This document shows, in pieces, positions 38,159 to 50,265 of a DNA stretch of 64,000 nucleotides. Source of the DNA: Carcharhinus longimanus (lineage: Eukaryota). Made by a program: the position numbers and the translations under genes. Under the pieces are notes generated by a model. The model was given only the letters and a program-made list of their open reading frames with translations. It was not told where the DNA came from and did no database searches. The stretch lies in NCBI GenBank assembly GCA_030264375.1, contig JASCQW010000081.1:13001993-13065992 (forward strand), given 5' to 3'. The first letter of the stretch is position 1, and each line of letters opens with the position of its first letter.

Positions 38159-38530
38159 ATCTTTTTCTATAAGTTGTGAGAGGAAGAGATTGAAAGAAAA
38201 GGGCGAGAGCTTTCCATCCACCTATTTATTTTGTCTCCTTCACAACTGAGGCTTTGGCATGGGATCCAGTTTTTGGTGCTGAAGGGAATACGTTACAAAC
38301 AAAACAATAGAATGCTCCTTCCACCCAAATATACATCCAATCATCTGCAGCACTGCCAGTTGAATACGTTTCTTTAGCTCTTAAATAGAAACATTGGGGC
38401 TGGAAAGGTAACAGCATGCTAATGGCGTACGCTGTCCTTGCAAACGATTGTCCTACCGCCAACTTCCTTTGCCTCTCCTTAAACATGCTGTCACCTCCCA
38501 AATTCAGGAGAGACATCTTCTCTGGTGCTC

Positions 38531-38870
38531 CATAGAATCCTTACAGTGCAGAAAGAAGCCGTTCGGCCCATGGAGAGTCGGTGCAGACTCAACCGATGGA
38601 GGATGCCATCTAGGCTCTTTCCTGTAACTTGACATATTTACCCTGCTAATCCCCCTAATCTACACATCTTGGGACACTAAGGGGCAATTTGCCATGGCCA
38701 ATCTATCTATCCTGCACAACTTTGGACTGCTGGAGGAAACCGGAACACTTAAAGTAAACCCACTCAGATGTGGGAAGAATGTGCAAACTCCACACACAGT
38801 CATCCATGGCTGGAATCGAATCTGGGTCCTTGGCGTTGTGAGGCAGTAGTGCTAACCATTGTGCCACCCA
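38531..38870 (-). mobile_element. HE1-like SINE, tail A
   Basis: catagaatccttacagtgcag...gctaaccattgtgccacc. Confidence 0.85.
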
Positions 38871-38879
38871 CGTTTGAAT

Positions 38880-39260
38880 CCCTCCAATTCAGCTTCTGCT
38901 GCTGTAACAATATCAAGAGTGTTTTTATCAAAGTCACAAATGATGTGACTGTCCCTCATCAATCTTCTTGACCTGTCTGTTTTTGACACAGTTGAATATT
39001 CGATCTTTCTCTAATGCTTGTTGCCAGCTGGATGGAATAACACTCATCTGATTCATTTTTATCTGTCTAATCATAGCTAGAGTATCATTTGTAATGGCTT
39101 CCCTTCCTGCTCCTATACATTACCTCTGGTATCCCCCAGTGATCTTCCTTGGACCGCTCCTAATTTTCAAAATTTAATGACATCACCCAAAAATACAGCA
39201 TTAGTTTTCACATGTACGCAGCTATACGTCACAACCATTTTGCTCAACACTTGCACAATT
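38880..39260 (+). mobile_element. L2-clade LINE RT fragment
   Basis: FIKVTND, LLDLS..FDTV, G.P..GPLL and FHMYA motifs across frameshifts. Confidence 0.65.
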
Positions 39261-39269
39261 GCTGAATTT

Positions 39270-39715
39270 CACACTTAGAGCACTGCATACAATTCTGATT
39301 GCCCTGTTGTAGGAAAGATATTTTCAAACTGGAAAGGGTGCAAAAGAAGATTTACTAGGATGTTCCCGGGACTGAAAGGTTTGAATTATAAGGAGAGGCA
39401 GGGACTTCTCTTCTCTGCGAGGTATGAGGGGCGACCTTATAAAGGTTTATAAGATCATATTGAGCGAGGTCTTTTCCCCAGGGTAGGGGAGTCCAAAACT
39501 AGGGGGCATAGGTTTAAGATGAGAGGGGAAAGCTTTAAAAGGGACCTGAGGGGCAACTTTTTTAACAGTGGCGCATACATGGAATGAGCTGCCTGAGGTC
39601 GTGGTAGAGGCAGGTATAATTTACAATATTTAAAAGACGTTTGGACAGGCACATGGATGGAAAATGTTTTGAGGGATATGGGCCGAACATAGGCAAATGA
39701 GATTAGTTCAGTTTG
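39270..39715 (+). mobile_element. CR1 3' fragment
   Basis: acttagagcactgcatacaattctga (HLEHC..F) through aaaactagggggcataggtttaag. Confidence 0.8.
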
Positions 39716-39726
39716 TGTGACTCTAA

Positions 39727-39863
39727 GGGGGGGGGGACGAGAAGTTTTCTTGCCTCACGCACCATGGGAATTGTAGCAGGCAGGGGGTGGACCATGCAAA
39801 GGTCTGATGACCTCAGGTGGGATTTTCTGGTCTTGGGGTGAATGCGGCCAGAAAATCCCACCC
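39727..39863. mobile_element. MITE-like element with terminal hairpin
   Basis: ggtgggattttctggtc / ggccagaaaatcccacc arms. Confidence 0.6.
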
Positions 39864-40404
39864 AAGGTCAGGGTTAGGTGATATCACTGAGGGTCAAAAT
39901 AGGCAATAATATTATACATTGATGATTGAAAGTGTTTTGGAAGTGCAGACTTCCAAATAACATTTGATAACGTTCCCAACGAAGACTCACAAAATGGATG
40001 CATGAGAACACTTGGAGATGGGGTTAAAACATCAGTGGAAGGATAGAAAACCACAGCAAGTGGGAAAGATGTGAGTGAGATATTCCTTGGACAATGATGG
40101 GCCCCTTATTGCTTCGCATTTATGTTGCCAACACCAATTCAGAAAATCAAAGTTAATTGGCCAAACGTACGGATGGTACCAAACATAAGAGTATTCTCAA
40201 CTACAAAATGAATTGGAGAAAATACACAACTGGGAAGAAAAGCAGAAGATAACATTTAAAACAAGTGTTATGATCTCCTTAGAGACCAATAACTTTAAAA
40301 AGTAAAATTAAATTTGCTTAACTTAAAGAAATTGCACAAAAAGGTTTTAAGGCTTTTACTAGAAGAAGTAACTTGAAAGCAACATCAACCCACGCAATAG
40401 TTTT

Positions 40405-40530
40405 AGTCAGAGGGATTAGCGGGTAAATGTGTAGGGATATAAGGGTTGGGACTGGGTGGGATTGTGGTCAGTGCAGACTCTGGGCCAAATGGCCTCTTTC
40501 TGCACAGTAGGGATTCTATGATGATTCTAT
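40405..40530 (+). mobile_element. HE1-like SINE 3' fragment, tail A
   Basis: gtcagagggattagcgggtaaatg...gggattctatgatgattctat. Confidence 0.75.
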
Positions 40531-41138
40531 TTACAGAAAAATTCCTTTATTAATGTATTAATACGACTCAAAATTTTCCTCCGCTGTCATACATTACCAT
40601 ATTCTTAAGACACTCCATTCTCCTGGAACCAGTACAATGTAATCCTTAGCTCTTGAGGGCTTGCTTCCCTTCCTTTCCTCTTCCAGCTGGATAACTTCTG
40701 GACAATCTAAATTGGCTTTTATGATCAGGGTTACTCTGGATATTCTTTCCTCTAGCCAAAGTCAGGTGAATCTTTCAGTCTCATTTAAATGCTCACAAAA
40801 ACAGTCTTTTCAATCCAACATGAATTCTCACCACATTCTTGCATGGTGAACAACAGAGGTGTGCTGAATCTAAATCGTAGCACTCTCTCTCTCTTGGATT
40901 TTAGCAGACTGAGACTGGGTCAATGAGGTTCATGTTAAGAAAACACAATGTAAACTAATCCCTCAACAGTTTCTTCTGGACTCTCTCCCTCTCAAAGCCC
41001 ATCTTCATGGAAATCAAATGGATCTTATATTCAAGTGGAGTACTAATTAGCTATCCTTTAAACTCCCAACTTCATTCCATCTTGAAATTAAATTGACTGC
41101 TTAAAGTACAACTGTTTACAAAACCTGTCATCTCTAAT

Positions 41139-41433
41139 GGTGGCACAGTGGTTAGCACTGCTGCCTCACAGTGCCAGGGACATGGGTTCAATTCCTGGCT
41201 TGGGTCACTGTCTGTGTGGAGTTTGCACATTCTCCCCATGTTAGCATGGGTTTCCTCCAGGTGCTCTGATTTTATCCCACAGTCCAAAGATATGCTGGTT
41301 AGGTGCATTGGCCATGCTAATTTCTCCCTCAGTGTGCCCAAACAGGCACCAGAGTGTGGTGACTCGGGGATTTTCATAGTAACTTTGTTTCAGTGTTAAT
41401 GTAAGCCTACTTGTGACACTAATAAATAAACTC
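41139..41433 (+). mobile_element. HE1-like SINE, tail B
   Basis: Head, core and gcctacttgtgacactaataaataaac tail. Confidence 0.9.
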
Positions 41434-41449
41434 AAAGCTTTCTGGAACT

Positions 41450-41682
41450 TAGAATCATTAGAGGTTTACAGCATGGATACAGGCCCTTCAGCTAACTTGT
41501 CCATGCAGCCCTTTTGTTTTTTAAACCCCTAAGCTAATCCCAATTGCCTGCATTTGGCCCATATCCCTCTAATCCATTTTACCCATGTAACTGTCTAAAT
41601 GTTTTGTAAAAGACAAAATTGTACCCACCTCTACTACCTCTGGCAGCTTGTTCCAGACACTCACCACCCTCTGTGTGGAAAA
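41450..41682 (-). mobile_element. CR1 3' fragment
   Basis: ctggcagcttgttccagacactcaccaccctctgtgtggaaaa is the reverse complement of FHTEGGECLEQAAR/RVVSVWNKLP. Confidence 0.75.
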
Positions 41683-41704
41683 GCAACCTGTGCCCCCTAA
41701 CTAA

Positions 41705-42122
41705 GACAGTTAGTGAAACTGGTAGCCAAGTTCCACACACGTGAGGACGGCCTTAACCGGGATCTTGGGTCCATGTCACACTATCTGTAACCTCCACAAC
41801 TTGCCTGAGCTTGCAAAATCTCACTAACTGTCCTGGCTAGAGACAATACATAATCTTTTTAACTTGTACTTAACCCTGTCTCCACTGACATTGTCTGTAT
41901 CTTTAAGACTTGATTACCTGTAAAGACTTGCATTCTAACTATTATCTTGTAAATTGAGTTTGATTCTTTATATGCCCTGTTTGTGAACACAACTCCCTCT
42001 CACCTGATGAAGGGGCAGTGCTCCGAAAGCTTGTGCTATCAAATAAACCTGTTGGACTTTAACCTGGTGTTGTGAGACTTCTTACTGTGCTTATCCAGTC
42101 CAACACCAGCATCTCCACATCA
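41705..42122 (+). mobile_element. Penelope-like retroelement 3' end: GIY-YIG domain C-terminus + pLTR
   Basis: 41713-41790 translates VKLVAKFHTREDGLNRDLGSMSHYL* (PLE GLN motif); inverted junction gacagttagtga / tcactaactgtc. Confidence 0.85.
42001..42035 (+). ncRNA. Minimal type-I hammerhead ribozyme motif
   Basis: CAC CUGAUGA A GGGGC AGU GCUCC GAAA GC UU GUG. Confidence 0.75.
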
Positions 42123-42219
42123 CCAGAATTCACAGCAGGTCATACAACCCCTTTCATTTCTCCACTTTACCCTAAATTGAAGATTGTCCTCAAGCATAAT
42201 GATCTTATAAAGCGTTGTA

Positions 42220-45200
42220 TTTGTAACACGGATAAATGTAAAGTAATGCAAAGAGGGTGGAAATAATATTTAGTACTCATTGAAAGAGTAAAGTTAAAAG
42301 AGATGGAGGCATTTTAGGAGATGCTATGACCAATACATCTAACCACAATGAAGCATCAACCAGCACAGCAAAACAAGTCAGAGGAAGCTTTACTCAAAAG
42401 TGCATGACACCGATCACACATTGAGTATTGTGCCTAATTCTGATCACCAAGATACAACGGAGACATCTGAGCTTTGGAGCAAAGCAGACAAAAACAACAA
42501 GACTGAGCACCTGTGTCAGAAGATTGAGTTATTGAAGGAGTCTGCAGCAGTTAGTGCTTTCAATGTTGAAAGAATGCAACTCAAGGTGACTTTATACCAG
42601 TAGATAAAATAGTGAAATGCATGCAAAAGATAGATTAAGTCAGTTACCCAAGTTAAGCTGTGAGATAGGACAAGGAGGCACAGGTTCAAAGTAGTAAACA
42701 GCCAATTTGACACTGATGTTAGGATTTTCTCCAATGAATGACTGACCAACATAGAGTATGGACTTTCTAGTAGAATAATTAGGTGAAATCTCTGGAATCA
42801 TTTAGGAAACAATTGAATGTTGTGCCAAACTAAAATGGGCCGAGTGGTCTTTGTTGTTTACAGCTGAGGTAACAGGCCACACTTGGCTGAATGGTGAAAA
42901 TTTGGTAAAGTATAAGAAACAAATAGTTTGCTGAATAAAATAACGTATGATCAGAGAGAATAATAGTCACAAAAGCTGATATAATTGGTATAAAAGGCTA
43001 CAGAGTGACTCCAAATCACAACTTAACAAAGACAAAATAAGGGGTATTCAGTGAGGATCGATTTGAGGACTAAAACTAAGAAATACGGATTAGATTTATT
43101 TTTCTTTTAGGAAAAAACAGTTGTTTCTCTCTTGTCTGTAGATTTTAACAGCTATCAATCAAACTAGAAGTTGGTCACAATTTTCCTGCAGACAATTTCA
43201 TAAAACATTAATTCACCCTGAGAAATGACAAGTAAATCAGCAATCTGTCAGTTTAACATCAATTGTTAGGAAGTTACTAAAATCTATCACCACAGACAGT
43301 GTGACTGAGCACTTGGACAAGTATCAGCTGATCAAAGAAGTCAGAATAGCTTATGTCTGACCAATCTAGTTGAACTTGTTTGAAGAGGACACTGGCAGGC
43401 TGGAAAGGGTTGTGCCTATGGATGTTGTCCGAATGGACTTCCAAAAGGCATTTGATAAGATTCCATGCAAGAGCTTAGCAACAGAAATGAGAGCAATGAG
43501 AATTCAGGATTGACATATGACAGTGGCCAGCAATTGATTGGGAGGCAGGAGACAGAATAAAGGGTTCAGTCTCTGATTGTCTGAATGTGTCCAGTGCTTT
43601 TCCCTCAGGATCTGTACACGTGCTTCTGGATTATAGAATGGCTGGTCACAAGTACATGAACCCAAAAATACCATCTTTATCTGAAGCATAAAACAATGAT
43701 GAAATGTATAAAGAACATTCAAAATGCCTACACTTATCCAAATACTGTCTTTTCCATGTTTTCACTCTGAAAAGACCATGTGAAAACAATATCTTGCATT
43801 GCTTGGGTCTGGATAAAAAAGTTTGGACAACTGATTCTGAAACTATAGGTTTCCAGGCTGGAGAGGTTAAAGTGTTAGTGAAAATTAGAGAGAGCAGTGT
43901 TTGTGTTCCACATCGGCCTCATCCTACTCTTTTTACTTCATCAGACCCTATCAATACCCTTTGCATTCCTTATGTACTTATCTAGCTTTCTCAATAGAGA
44001 TTAACAGGGAGTTATACAGCCAAGTGGCAGGTGAACTGAATTAGCATGCTCCATAAGTTGTGTGGATGGGAGAAGATTGAACAGCAGGGGTACAGGCAGA
44101 GTGAGTGGGCAAACATATGGCAGATGGAACTCCATGTTGGAAAATGTGAGGTCTTTCACTTTGGATCTGAGAAAAAATATTGCAATATTTTCTCAATGGC
44201 AAGAGACCAGGAGCTGTGGAGGATTTATGTTTTCATTGATACAAATCACTAACAGCTAGTCCATTGGCACAAATAAGTATCAAAAAGACTACCACCATGT
44301 TGGCCTTTATCTCAGACAGTTTGGAATTTAAAAATTAGGAATGATAGAATCCCTACGGTGTAGAAGGCAGCCATTCAGCCCATCAAGTTTGAACCAATTC
44401 TCTGGCAGTATATTTTATCCTGACACTCTCCCCCGCCCTGTAAACCCGTACATTTACCATGGCTAATCAGGGTGATCTATGTAATCTACACATCTTGGGA
44501 CATTAAAGAGCAATTTACAATGGCCAATCCACCTAACCCGCAGTGTGGGAGAAAACTGGAGCACTTGGAGGAAACCCACGCAGACACAGGGAGAACATGT
44601 AGACTCCACAGACAGTAACCCAAGGCCAGAATTGAACTTGGGTCCATGGCACTGTGCTAATTATTGTGATACTCCAGTCTTCAAGCCATATTCAAACTTC
44701 AATTGGAATGCAGTTTTGGGCATCCAATCCCTAGGAAAAACATAGGAGTCTTGGATTCACCAGAGTAATAGCAGAACTTAAAGGGATAAATTCTGAGGGC
44801 AGGTTTGATGAAGTTAGCTTGCATTCCCTTGAGTTTGTATGATTGGAGGCTTACCAATCAAAGCAATTAAAACAATAAAGAAACTCAATAGGATAAACAC
44901 TGGTAAATTATTTCTGTCAGCAGGGAAAATCCAGAGGAAGAGGGTACTATTCTAAACTTAGGAGCAGGCCATTCAGGAGCAAAATCAGGAGGTACTTTTT
45001 CCACACAAAGATTCATGGAAATGTGGAACTCTACACCCAAAAAGGCTATGGGTCAGTGGGAATTTTGAAGCCTGAAATTGTAGATTGTTATTAGGGCAGG
45101 GTCAATCAATAGGATATAGATCACAGGTGGTGAAATGGATTTGAAGTTGCGTTCAAGCATGATTCCATCAAATGGTGGAATAGACTGGAGAAGCTGGCTA

Positions 45201-45225
45201 GTTTCCTACTGTACCTATGTTCCCA
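42220..45225 (+). mobile_element. Several old CR1 fragments
   Basis: NTDKCKVM; MDFQKAFDKIP at ~43430; EWANIWQMELHVGKCEVFHFG; 3' end near 45200. Confidence 0.65.
44343..44670 (-). mobile_element. HE1-like SINE, tail A, nested in CR1
   Basis: atagaatccctacggtgtagaagg...ggaggaaacccacgcagacacagggagaac. Confidence 0.8.
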
Positions 45226-45504
45226 ATTGCAATGCACCATTAATAACCCTCATCTCACGTAAATCACCATTTAACTGTTTGATACAGGAACATTTCATTT
45301 ATTCAGCTGTGGAGCAACTGAGTCCAAGTTCACAAAGCAGATTTACTGATTAGCACATCAGTGACAGTGGAAAATTGTCCTGTTAGTGCTGTAAGGCAAC
45401 TAATTATCATACAATGCCAGACATTGTAATAGGTAGCGGACTTGGTGAACTCGAGTTCATGCAGTCTGCACCAGGAGGGAAAGTAAGTTTCATGTCATGA
45501 GCTT

Positions 45505-45815
45505 GGGTGGCACGTTGGCACAGTGGTTAGCACCGTTGCCTCACAGCACCAGGCACCTGGGATCAATTCCCAGCTTGGGTCACTGTCTGTGTGGAGTCTG
45601 CATGTTCTCCCAGTGTCTGCGTGGGTTTCCCCCGGGTGCTCCAGTTTCCTCCCGTGGTCCAAAAGATGCGCTGGTCAGGTGCATTGGCCATGCTAAATTC
45701 TCCCTCAGTGTACCTGAACAGGCACCAGAGTGTGGCAGCTTGAGGATTTTCACAGTAACTTTATTGCAGTGTTAATGTAAGCCTATTTGTGACTAGTAAA
45801 TACATTTTAAACTTT
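45505..45815 (+). mobile_element. HE1-like SINE, tail B
   Basis: Head, core and ttcacagtaactttattgcagtgttaatgtaagcc tail. Confidence 0.88.
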
Positions 45816-45828
45816 ACAAGGCCACTGA

Positions 45829-46177
45829 GGGTGGACTGGTGGCACAGTGCTTTGCACTGTTGCCTCACAACGTCAAAGACCCAAGTTCAATCCCAGCTTT
45901 GGGTGACTGTGCGGAGTCTGCACGTTCTCGCCGTGTCTGCATGGATTTCCTCTGGGTGGTCCAGTTTCTTTCCAAACTCCATTGATGTGCAGGTTAGGTA
46001 GGTTGACCGTGCTAAATTGTCCCTTAGTGTTCAAAGATGTGTAGGTTAGGTGGATTAGCCATGGTAAATGCATGGAGTTAAGGCATGTCTGGGGTGGGGG
46101 CCTGGGTAAGATGCTGTCTCGGAGAGTTGTTGCAGACTCAATGGGCTGAATGGCCACCTGCACTATAGGGATTCTAT
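45829..46177 (+). mobile_element. HE1-like SINE, tail A
   Basis: Immediately downstream of the tail-B copy; ends tggccacctgcactatagggattctat. Confidence 0.82.
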
Positions 46178-46659
46178 TGTTGCAAAACATCAAGATAGAA
46201 TTGTGATGGCTCCAAACAGCAATTTGTGAATTTTACATTTTGAAAATTTATGCCTACTTGCTGTGATGTTTGAATGTCAAACTTCCAATTTAGTCTGTAT
46301 TAATCACTTGGCTCCTGCTGTTGTGGCACAAGTGTCACATAATTAAAGATCTAGGATTGCAACAAGAGTTGGAGATCTAGGATTGCAACAAGTGTTGGAG
46401 CTTATTAAGGGTAATGAGTTAAATGAGCTTTGAAGGGTGAGTGGATATAACTCTATTTTAATTAATTTGATATTGAAGTTCGTTGGGTAAAAGAATAGGT
46501 AGGACCTGGATATCACATATTGGAGCATCTGCGGAATGTCAGTGCTCCAGATGTTGTGAGAGAAAGACTTGTGTTCATATCACATGTTTCAGAACCACAG
46601 GACATCCCAAAAGTGTTTAATAGACACTGCTGACAGCTGTTCCTCAATACAAGGAACAC

Positions 46660-48140
46660 ATCTATGCAAGGTTGGAAGTTTCTGCTATTAGTCTTGATGT
46701 GGATGAACAGATTGATTCCCGATAAATGGAGCAGGATGTCCCATGAGGAAATGGGATCCAGAGTGCAGGATTTGCTTCCTTTTCTTTCCTTCTGCCTCTG
46801 TCATTATTAAGACATTGGGATTCAAAGCGTGATGCAGCTTGATGGACAAGTTGTTGCCATTCTGAGTGACTAGCAGCAAACATCTCCTGGTTATTCAGGT
46901 TAATGCTGCTGAACTTCAAGAAGAATTTGAGTATCTTTGTCCTCCCATTGAACATTGGTTATTTGAAAATGGGGAGAACAGTATTTGGCATGGGAGATGG
47001 GGTTTCAGTCTTCTAAACACAGTGACCAGTCCATTGAAGTTCATTTTGCAGCTTTGCCTGAACGCTCAAGGAGTTGGCTTCAAGAAGGACATTGACATTT
47101 GTTCAATGGTCTTCCCAGTGAAGTGGAGATGCCGGCATAGGACTGGGGTAAACACAGTAAGAAGTCTCACAACACCAGGTTAAAGTCCAACAGGTTTATT
47201 TTGTAGCAAAAGCCACTAGACTTCCTCCCATTGAATCCAGAGGAATCAATGAACCTTTCTCTGGCACTTGTGTGCGACTGACACACAGTCCAGATCTCAC
47301 TGTAATATAGGAGTGTGGTGATGGCTATCATTTTGTACACACTGATTCCTGTTGGCTTGAGGAGGTCTTTGGTGTCAAACACCCATGACTGTAGTTTGTC
47401 AAAGGCTGAGCTGGTGCAACTAATCAGGTATTGGGTTTTTTTGTCAACTGTGACCTTTTGAGAATGGGCAGCTGCCGAGGTATGGGGAGCTCTCAGTATA
47501 TTAGAGTCTTTCCTTCAACATATACAGGTGGTGGAATATTTGACTGGCTAGTTTGGGCTGATGTGCAAGTTTTGTTTTGGTGGCATACAAGGACAGGGTG
47601 AGTTATTATCTGCAGAATTGAAGAGATCAAGAATGGTTTGCAAATCCAGTGCAGAGTGGGCAATGACACTGCAGTCATCTGCACAATGGGAATAATGTAC
47701 ATGTGTGGTGGACTATATAGTTTTGGCACTGAGGCAACTGAGATTAAAATGTTTTTCATTAATTGGTAGTTAATACTGACACCAGAAGGTAGTTGTTCTT
47801 TGAGGTGATTAGCTACCGTCGGGGTTAATTGTAAATGATATGGGAGCTAATATACAGCCTCACTTGGCCCCAGATTGGATTTTGAAGGCCTCTGTTTCAG
47901 ATCTCCCATTCCAGCCAATTGCAGATATATCATCATGAAGCTGTTGCAGGATTGTAATCATTTTCTTGGGTGTCCAGATTTTTGGAGAACAATTCACTGA
48001 GCTTTGCGATTGAGTCAGACATTTTGGTTGGCCAAAGACCGCAATGGTGTTGGCCTTGACATTATTGGATTTATCTGAGAACTAGGACCGTGTAAGTGGT
48101 TCTTCTGGAGGGTTTAAAGCAACATTGTCTTTGGGAGTGT
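46660..48140 (-). mobile_element. RTE-clade LINE 3' part, degenerate
   Basis: VFDTKDLLKPTGISVYKMIAITTLLYYSEIWT and ASHSEWQQLVHQAASRFES resemble the RTE ORF C-terminus; interrupted by a PLE terminus at 47153-47220. Confidence 0.75.
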
Positions 48141-48589
48141 TTCCTCAGCTATAGGAAGTAGGCAATTTGGAAAAATGAATGTCGGGATTTTCACCGCTGT
48201 GAACAAGAGGGAAATCCCACGATAGTTTCCGCACACGTTTATCTGCTTTGAAAGTTGTTACGATAACCACTTTCCTGAAGTTCGGGTTTGGGGGCAGGAT
48301 GAGTGGGGGAGTTCTTTTCATTCCCAAAAAGGGCGGCATAGACAAGGTGGGTGGAAGGGCCCATTTCCATGCTGTAAATGTCTATAACTCTAAATCCATA
48401 GGATTAATACATGGAATCTAGATGAAAGCAAAGGTCCACCAGTTTTGAAGACCTCAAGCTGAAATACCATCGAGGGCACAGATTAGTTGTTATGGAGAGG
48501 AAACACGTTTTGTGAAAATGTAGAGATCTATCACATCACATTCTGGCATTGCTTAGGATTTCTGTAGTTGACAGGAAAAGTGTCAGGAC

Positions 48590-49040
48590 AATCAAGAAAG
48601 TCTTGTTTTTATATAGCACCTTTCACAACCTCAGAATGTCTCAAAGCATTTTACAGCAGATGATGTACTATTTGAAGTGTAATCACTCTTGCAATATAGA
48701 AAACACAGCAGCCAATTTAGTGTACAGCAAGGTGTCACAAACAATAATGTAATAATGACCAAACACTTAGCTTTAGTGATGTTGGCTGCAGGACAAATAT
48801 CAACCAGGATATCGGGGAGAATTCTTCAGTTCTTAATGCTGTGGAACCTTTTTAATCTTGTAGAGGGGTCAGGGTGACTTCAGTTTAACATCTCAACCAA
48901 ACAACTTCTCTGACAGTGCAGCACTCCTTCAGTAACGTACTGGAATTCTACCTCAGATTTTTGCTCAGGTCGTTGCATTGAGCCTTCAGCTCAGCCTGGT
49001 TAATCAAGGGTGAGCATGCTACCATCAAGCCACAGGTGAC
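48590..49040 (-). mobile_element. Near-full-length Deu-SINE
   Basis: tatatagcacctttcacaacctcag...gacagtgcagcactccttcagta...gctaccatcaagccacaggtgac. Confidence 0.8.
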
Positions 49041-49869
49041 GTCTAGAACAGGAATGAACCAGGAAAGTTCGATCCTACCAACCCATCTCAGTTCTTAATG
49101 TGCAACCAAAGGCCACCCAAAAGTGGCTGAATGAAGTATAAGGCACTGGTGTTGTTGGAGCAGAGGATTCGATATCCCTTTGAGGTAATTTGGAATGGGA
49201 GGATGTGTGGTGTGTTGTGTATCTCTGCAATTATGTACAGATCTTACTAAGTCTGCTTTCCAACATATAGATAGCATTAACCGATTATGAGCCTTTACTC
49301 TACTCTATCATAATTGCATTGAATGATGATATGAACAAGCTGCACCAAGCAGTCATGTTCAGCTTTGGTCCACTTGAAGCACAGACAGTAAGGAGGGATG
49401 GATTTGCAGGTCTAATAGCCATCTAAACTCGCATTCAGAGAAATCAGGGCTTTAATGAGGACACTGTAATTGTTAAAACCCTGTTAGGGATCATATGTTC
49501 AGAAGAAATTTGAACATCCTTCAATTAACTGACAGAACTAAAACTACACAAGATATTTAACAAAAACTTTATTGCAGAGATAATGAATAATTAAAACAAA
49601 GTGGCACCACAAAATTAATACTATGGCTTATACAGACTTAAGCTACAATTTCGATTTTCTATTCACCACCGCACCCCCCTCTCCCCGTCTTACAAAATTG
49701 TGAAGGATAATTTGTTTTTCCTGAGACCAACACAAATGTATGCCAGCCCTCTGGAATTTGCTTTAATTCTCCTTCACATTCCAGATACTACTTGATGTAC
49801 AAATCACAGGGATCCTTCCATTCATTTTTAGATAAGCAGTTCTCCAATTTTTGTTTTTTACAGACTTCA

Positions 49870-50265
49870 TGACTGGAATGTTCCTGTCTCGCCCATCATG
49901 GGAATCATACCAGGTGGTGGTGGTGCGTATCATACAAAGGTCCATTGACTTTGGGTGGGATTTTCCACCTTAAAGCTTTAAATTAAGGGGTGGTAGTTAT
50001 AGGACGGATGTCAGGGGTAGGTTCTTTACCCAGAGGGTGGTGAGGGATTGNNNNNNNNNNNNNNNNNNNNNNNNNNNNNNNNNNNNNNNNNNNNNNNNNN
50101 NNNNNNNNNNNNNNNNNNNNNNNNNNNNNNNNNNNNNNNNNNNNNNNNNNTTAGAGGGTCATTGCTTTTTAACTGGTCGGCGCAACATCGTGGGCCGAAG
50201 GGCCTGTTCTGCGCTGTAATGTTCTACGTTCTAAAGAGGCAAGCGTGGCTGGAAAATTCCACCCC
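49870..50265. mobile_element. Hairpin MITE interrupted by a CR1 3' fragment (49969-50233)
   Basis: gggtgggattttcc arm before the insert and ggaaaattccacccc arm after it. Confidence 0.6.
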
